In this document: positions 16,716 to 19,042 of the stretch, piece by piece
Layout: the number at the start of each line of letters is the position of its first letter
Position numbering within the stretch: position 1 is the first letter of the stretch
UHGV virus genome: UHGV-1351768
Strand: one strand, 5' to 3'
DNA length: 19,042 nt
Source of the DNA: a virus
The notes under the pieces: model-generated
The model's input: only the letters and a program-made list of their open reading frames with translations
Told to the model about the DNA's origin: nothing
Databases searched by the model: none
Program-made: the position numbers and the translations under genes

Positions 16716-17015
16716 AGATGCCATCACAAAGCCCATCTACGGGTGGGCTTGATAATGAAACCGGAATTTATTCTGGGCAACCAATTAACGGCAGTACAGC
16801 GAAACAACCCAAGCCAGTAAGTGGGGAAATAACACTGGCAGCCACTGAAAGATGAACCTCCTGCCTTATGGCAAAAAAGATTCTTTGTGGTGGCGGACTG
16901 ATGGAAAGACATCGGTTATTGCAGAGACCATTCAATGAGTGGTCTCGACAATGGCTTATACCCTACACGGGATAACTTAACTGATATCCCTTTTAACGGA
17001 TAAACGGAGCCAACA

Positions 17016-17258
17016 ATGGCAGAGATTATTCCCATGACTGAAGAACAGAAATTCCAGTTAGAGATTTACAAACTGGTCATGAACCAGAACGCAGCCGCAG
17101 AGGAAGCATTTCAGTTCATTGGCACTGACGAACTGAAGCTTGAGCTATTCAAAATTCACTTCCAGTCAGGCGGCGCTAATTCGGATATCACGATCCGCAC
17201 ATTCGAAGCGGTGCGTAAATCTAAGGAAGCGTTAGACCTGTTCACTACCGGAGCATGA
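17016..17258 (+). CDS. hypothetical protein, 80 aa
   Basis: Complete ORF with GGAG 7 nt upstream of ATG at 17016; immediately precedes the terminase small subunit. Confidence 0.4.
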   Translation: MAEIIPMTEEQKFQLEIYKLVMNQNAAAEEAFQFIGTDELKLELFKIHFQSGGANSDITIRTFEAVRKSKEALDLFTTGA

Positions 17259-17287
17259 TGCTCAACCTGAAATAACAACTAAGTGAG

Positions 17288-17783
17288 ATGAATATGGCAG
17301 CACCAAAGGGCAACCGATTTTGGGAGGCCCGCAGTAGTCATGGGCGAAACCCTAAATTCGAATCGCCTGAGGCGCTGTGGGCTGCTTGTTGTGAATACTT
17401 CGAGTGGGCTGATGATAACCCGCTATGGGAGGGTAAGGTATTTTCATATCAGGGAGAAATAATTAAGGCTAATGTCCCTAAGATGCGAGCCATGACTATT
17501 TCAGGATTGTGTACCTTCCTTGATATCACCAGGCAAACATGGGGGAACCTTTCGGTCAATGGAAGGTTTTTCTGACGTCACATCACGAGCGGAAGACATC
17601 ATCTACGACCAGAAATTCTCTGGCGCAGCCGCTGACCTTCTCAACGCTAACATCATCGCCCGTGATTTGGGCCTCAAAGAGCAGTCGCAAGTTGAAGACG
17701 TGACACCTGATAAGGGAGATCGCGATAAGCGACGCTCTCGTATCAAGGAGCTATTCAACCGTGGAACTGGACGCGATTCTTGA
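17288..17783 (+). pseudogene. terminase small subunit with a 1-bp indel in a G5 run (17541..17545) that splits it into ORFs 17288..17575 and 17520..17783
   Basis: Frame 1: [49 protein letters not shown]...[17 protein letters not shown]. Frame 2: [45 protein letters not shown]... Removing one G gives a continuous ...[27 protein letters not shown], matching the TerS pattern (..TW....F.DVT.RAE.IIY.QKF.GAA..LLNANII.RDLGL). Confidence 0.65.
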
Positions 17784-19042
17784 TAACCTGAGCGACGAAG
17801 AGCAAATCGAATTGCTCGAGCTACTCGAAGAAGAAGAGAACTACCGAAACACACACCTGCTATATGAATTTACGCCATACAACAAACAGCGTGAGTTCAT
17901 CGACGCCGGACATGACTATCCAGAGCGATGTTTTATGGCTGGTAACCAGCTTGGTAAGTCATTTACTGGTGCTGCCGAAGTCGCGTTTCACCTTACCGGG
18001 CGTTATCCGGGAACAAAAGGATATCCGGCTGATGGTAAATATGGCGGAGAGTGGAAAGGTAAGCGTTTCTATGAGCCTGTTGTTTTCTGGATTGGCGGCG
18101 AGACAAACGAGACGGTAACCAAAACGACTCAACGCATCCTGTGCGGTCGTATCGAAGAGAATGATGAGCCTGGCTACGGTTCCATACCGAAAGAGGACAT
18201 CATTAGCTGGAAGAAGTCTCCTTTCTTTCCGAATCTTGTTGATCACCTTCTGGTTAAGCATCACACGGCTGATGGCGTTGAAGATGGCATTTCAATCTGC
18301 TACTTCAAACCATACTCGCAAGGCCGTGCTCGCTGGCAGGGTGACACAATCCACGGCGTGTGGTTTGACGAAGAGCCACCATACAGCATTTATGGCGAAG
18401 GTCTTACCCGTACCAACAAATACGGTCAATTCTCAATTCTGACGTTTACCCCGCTGATGGGGATGTCTGACGTTGTTACCAAGTTCCAGAAGAATCCCAG
18501 CAAGTCGCAGAAAGTGGTCAACATGACCATCTATGACGCTGAGCACTATACCGACGAGCAGAAAGAGCAAATCATCGCATCCTATCCAGAGCATGAGAGA
18601 GAGGCGCGTGCTCGCGGTATTCCTACGATGGGTAGTGGTCGAATCTTCCAGATACCGGAAGAGACGATTAAGTGTCAGCCGTTCGAGTGTCCTGATCACT
18701 TCTACGTAATTGGCGGGATGGATTTCGGATGGGATCACCCACAGGCGCAGGTTCAGCTTTGGTGGGATAAGGATGCAGACACAATCTACGTTTCACGCGT
18801 GTGGAAGGCGAAAGAAAAACAGCCGTTCAGGCGTGGGGAGCAGTTAAATCATGGGCGCATAAAGTGCCAACCGCATGGCCTCATGACGGAAACCAGCACG
18901 AGAAGGGCGGCGGTGAGCAGCTTAAAGGGCAGTACGCGGAAGCTGGTTTTATGATGTTGCAGGAGCATGCGACATGGCCTGATGGCGGTAATGCTGTTGA
19001 GCCTGGCATCACTGAATTGCGCGACATGATGCTTGATGGTCT
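17761..19042 (+). pseudogene. terminase large subunit (ATPase Walker A GNQLGKS), frameshifted at an A5 run (18815..18819) and continuing in the -1 frame beyond the window end
   Basis: ORF 17761..18954 (GTG start, SD AAGGAG) ends in nonsense after ...VWKAKEK. The alternative frame from about 18819 is open to 19042 and reads ...TAVQAWGAVKSWAHKVPTAWPHDGNQHEKGGGEQLKGQYAEAGFMMLQEHATWPDGGNAVEPGITELRDMMLDG. Adding one A joins the frames. The 397-aa as-read product is short for a large terminase. Confidence 0.65.

Overview
This window is a lambdoid prophage segment of the E. coli/Shigella type, running from the early-left operon to the start of the packaging genes. All identifications are from reading the sequence and from memory of the families; no database search was run. 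Order, left to right: early-left (pL) operon on the minus strand with a RecT/Gp157 recombination module, several small acidic or unknown proteins, an IS1 insertion and a lambda-type N gene with nutL; a phage 434-type immunity region (cI, cro, OR1-3 and OL operators) with a secreted protein encoded immediately after cI; cII; a replication module (O-like initiator with internal iteron origin, DnaB-type helicase); a nin region (ninB, ninE, ninF, Rha/KilAC antirepressor, DUF1364/YbcO-like, rusA, ninH); lambda-type Q, pR', 6S leader/tR' and lysis cassette (S, R, Rz/Rz1); an Rha-family gene; and terminase small and large subunits. Four genes (recT, Q, terS, terL) are frameshifted as read, three of them at homopolymer runs, so this is either a decaying prophage or a sequence with indel errors. 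I did not find a clear, complete novel defence system; the most promising candidates are the secreted protein in the rexAB position, two strongly acidic early proteins, and a PD-(D/E)XK nuclease paired with a small Walker-A-motif protein.
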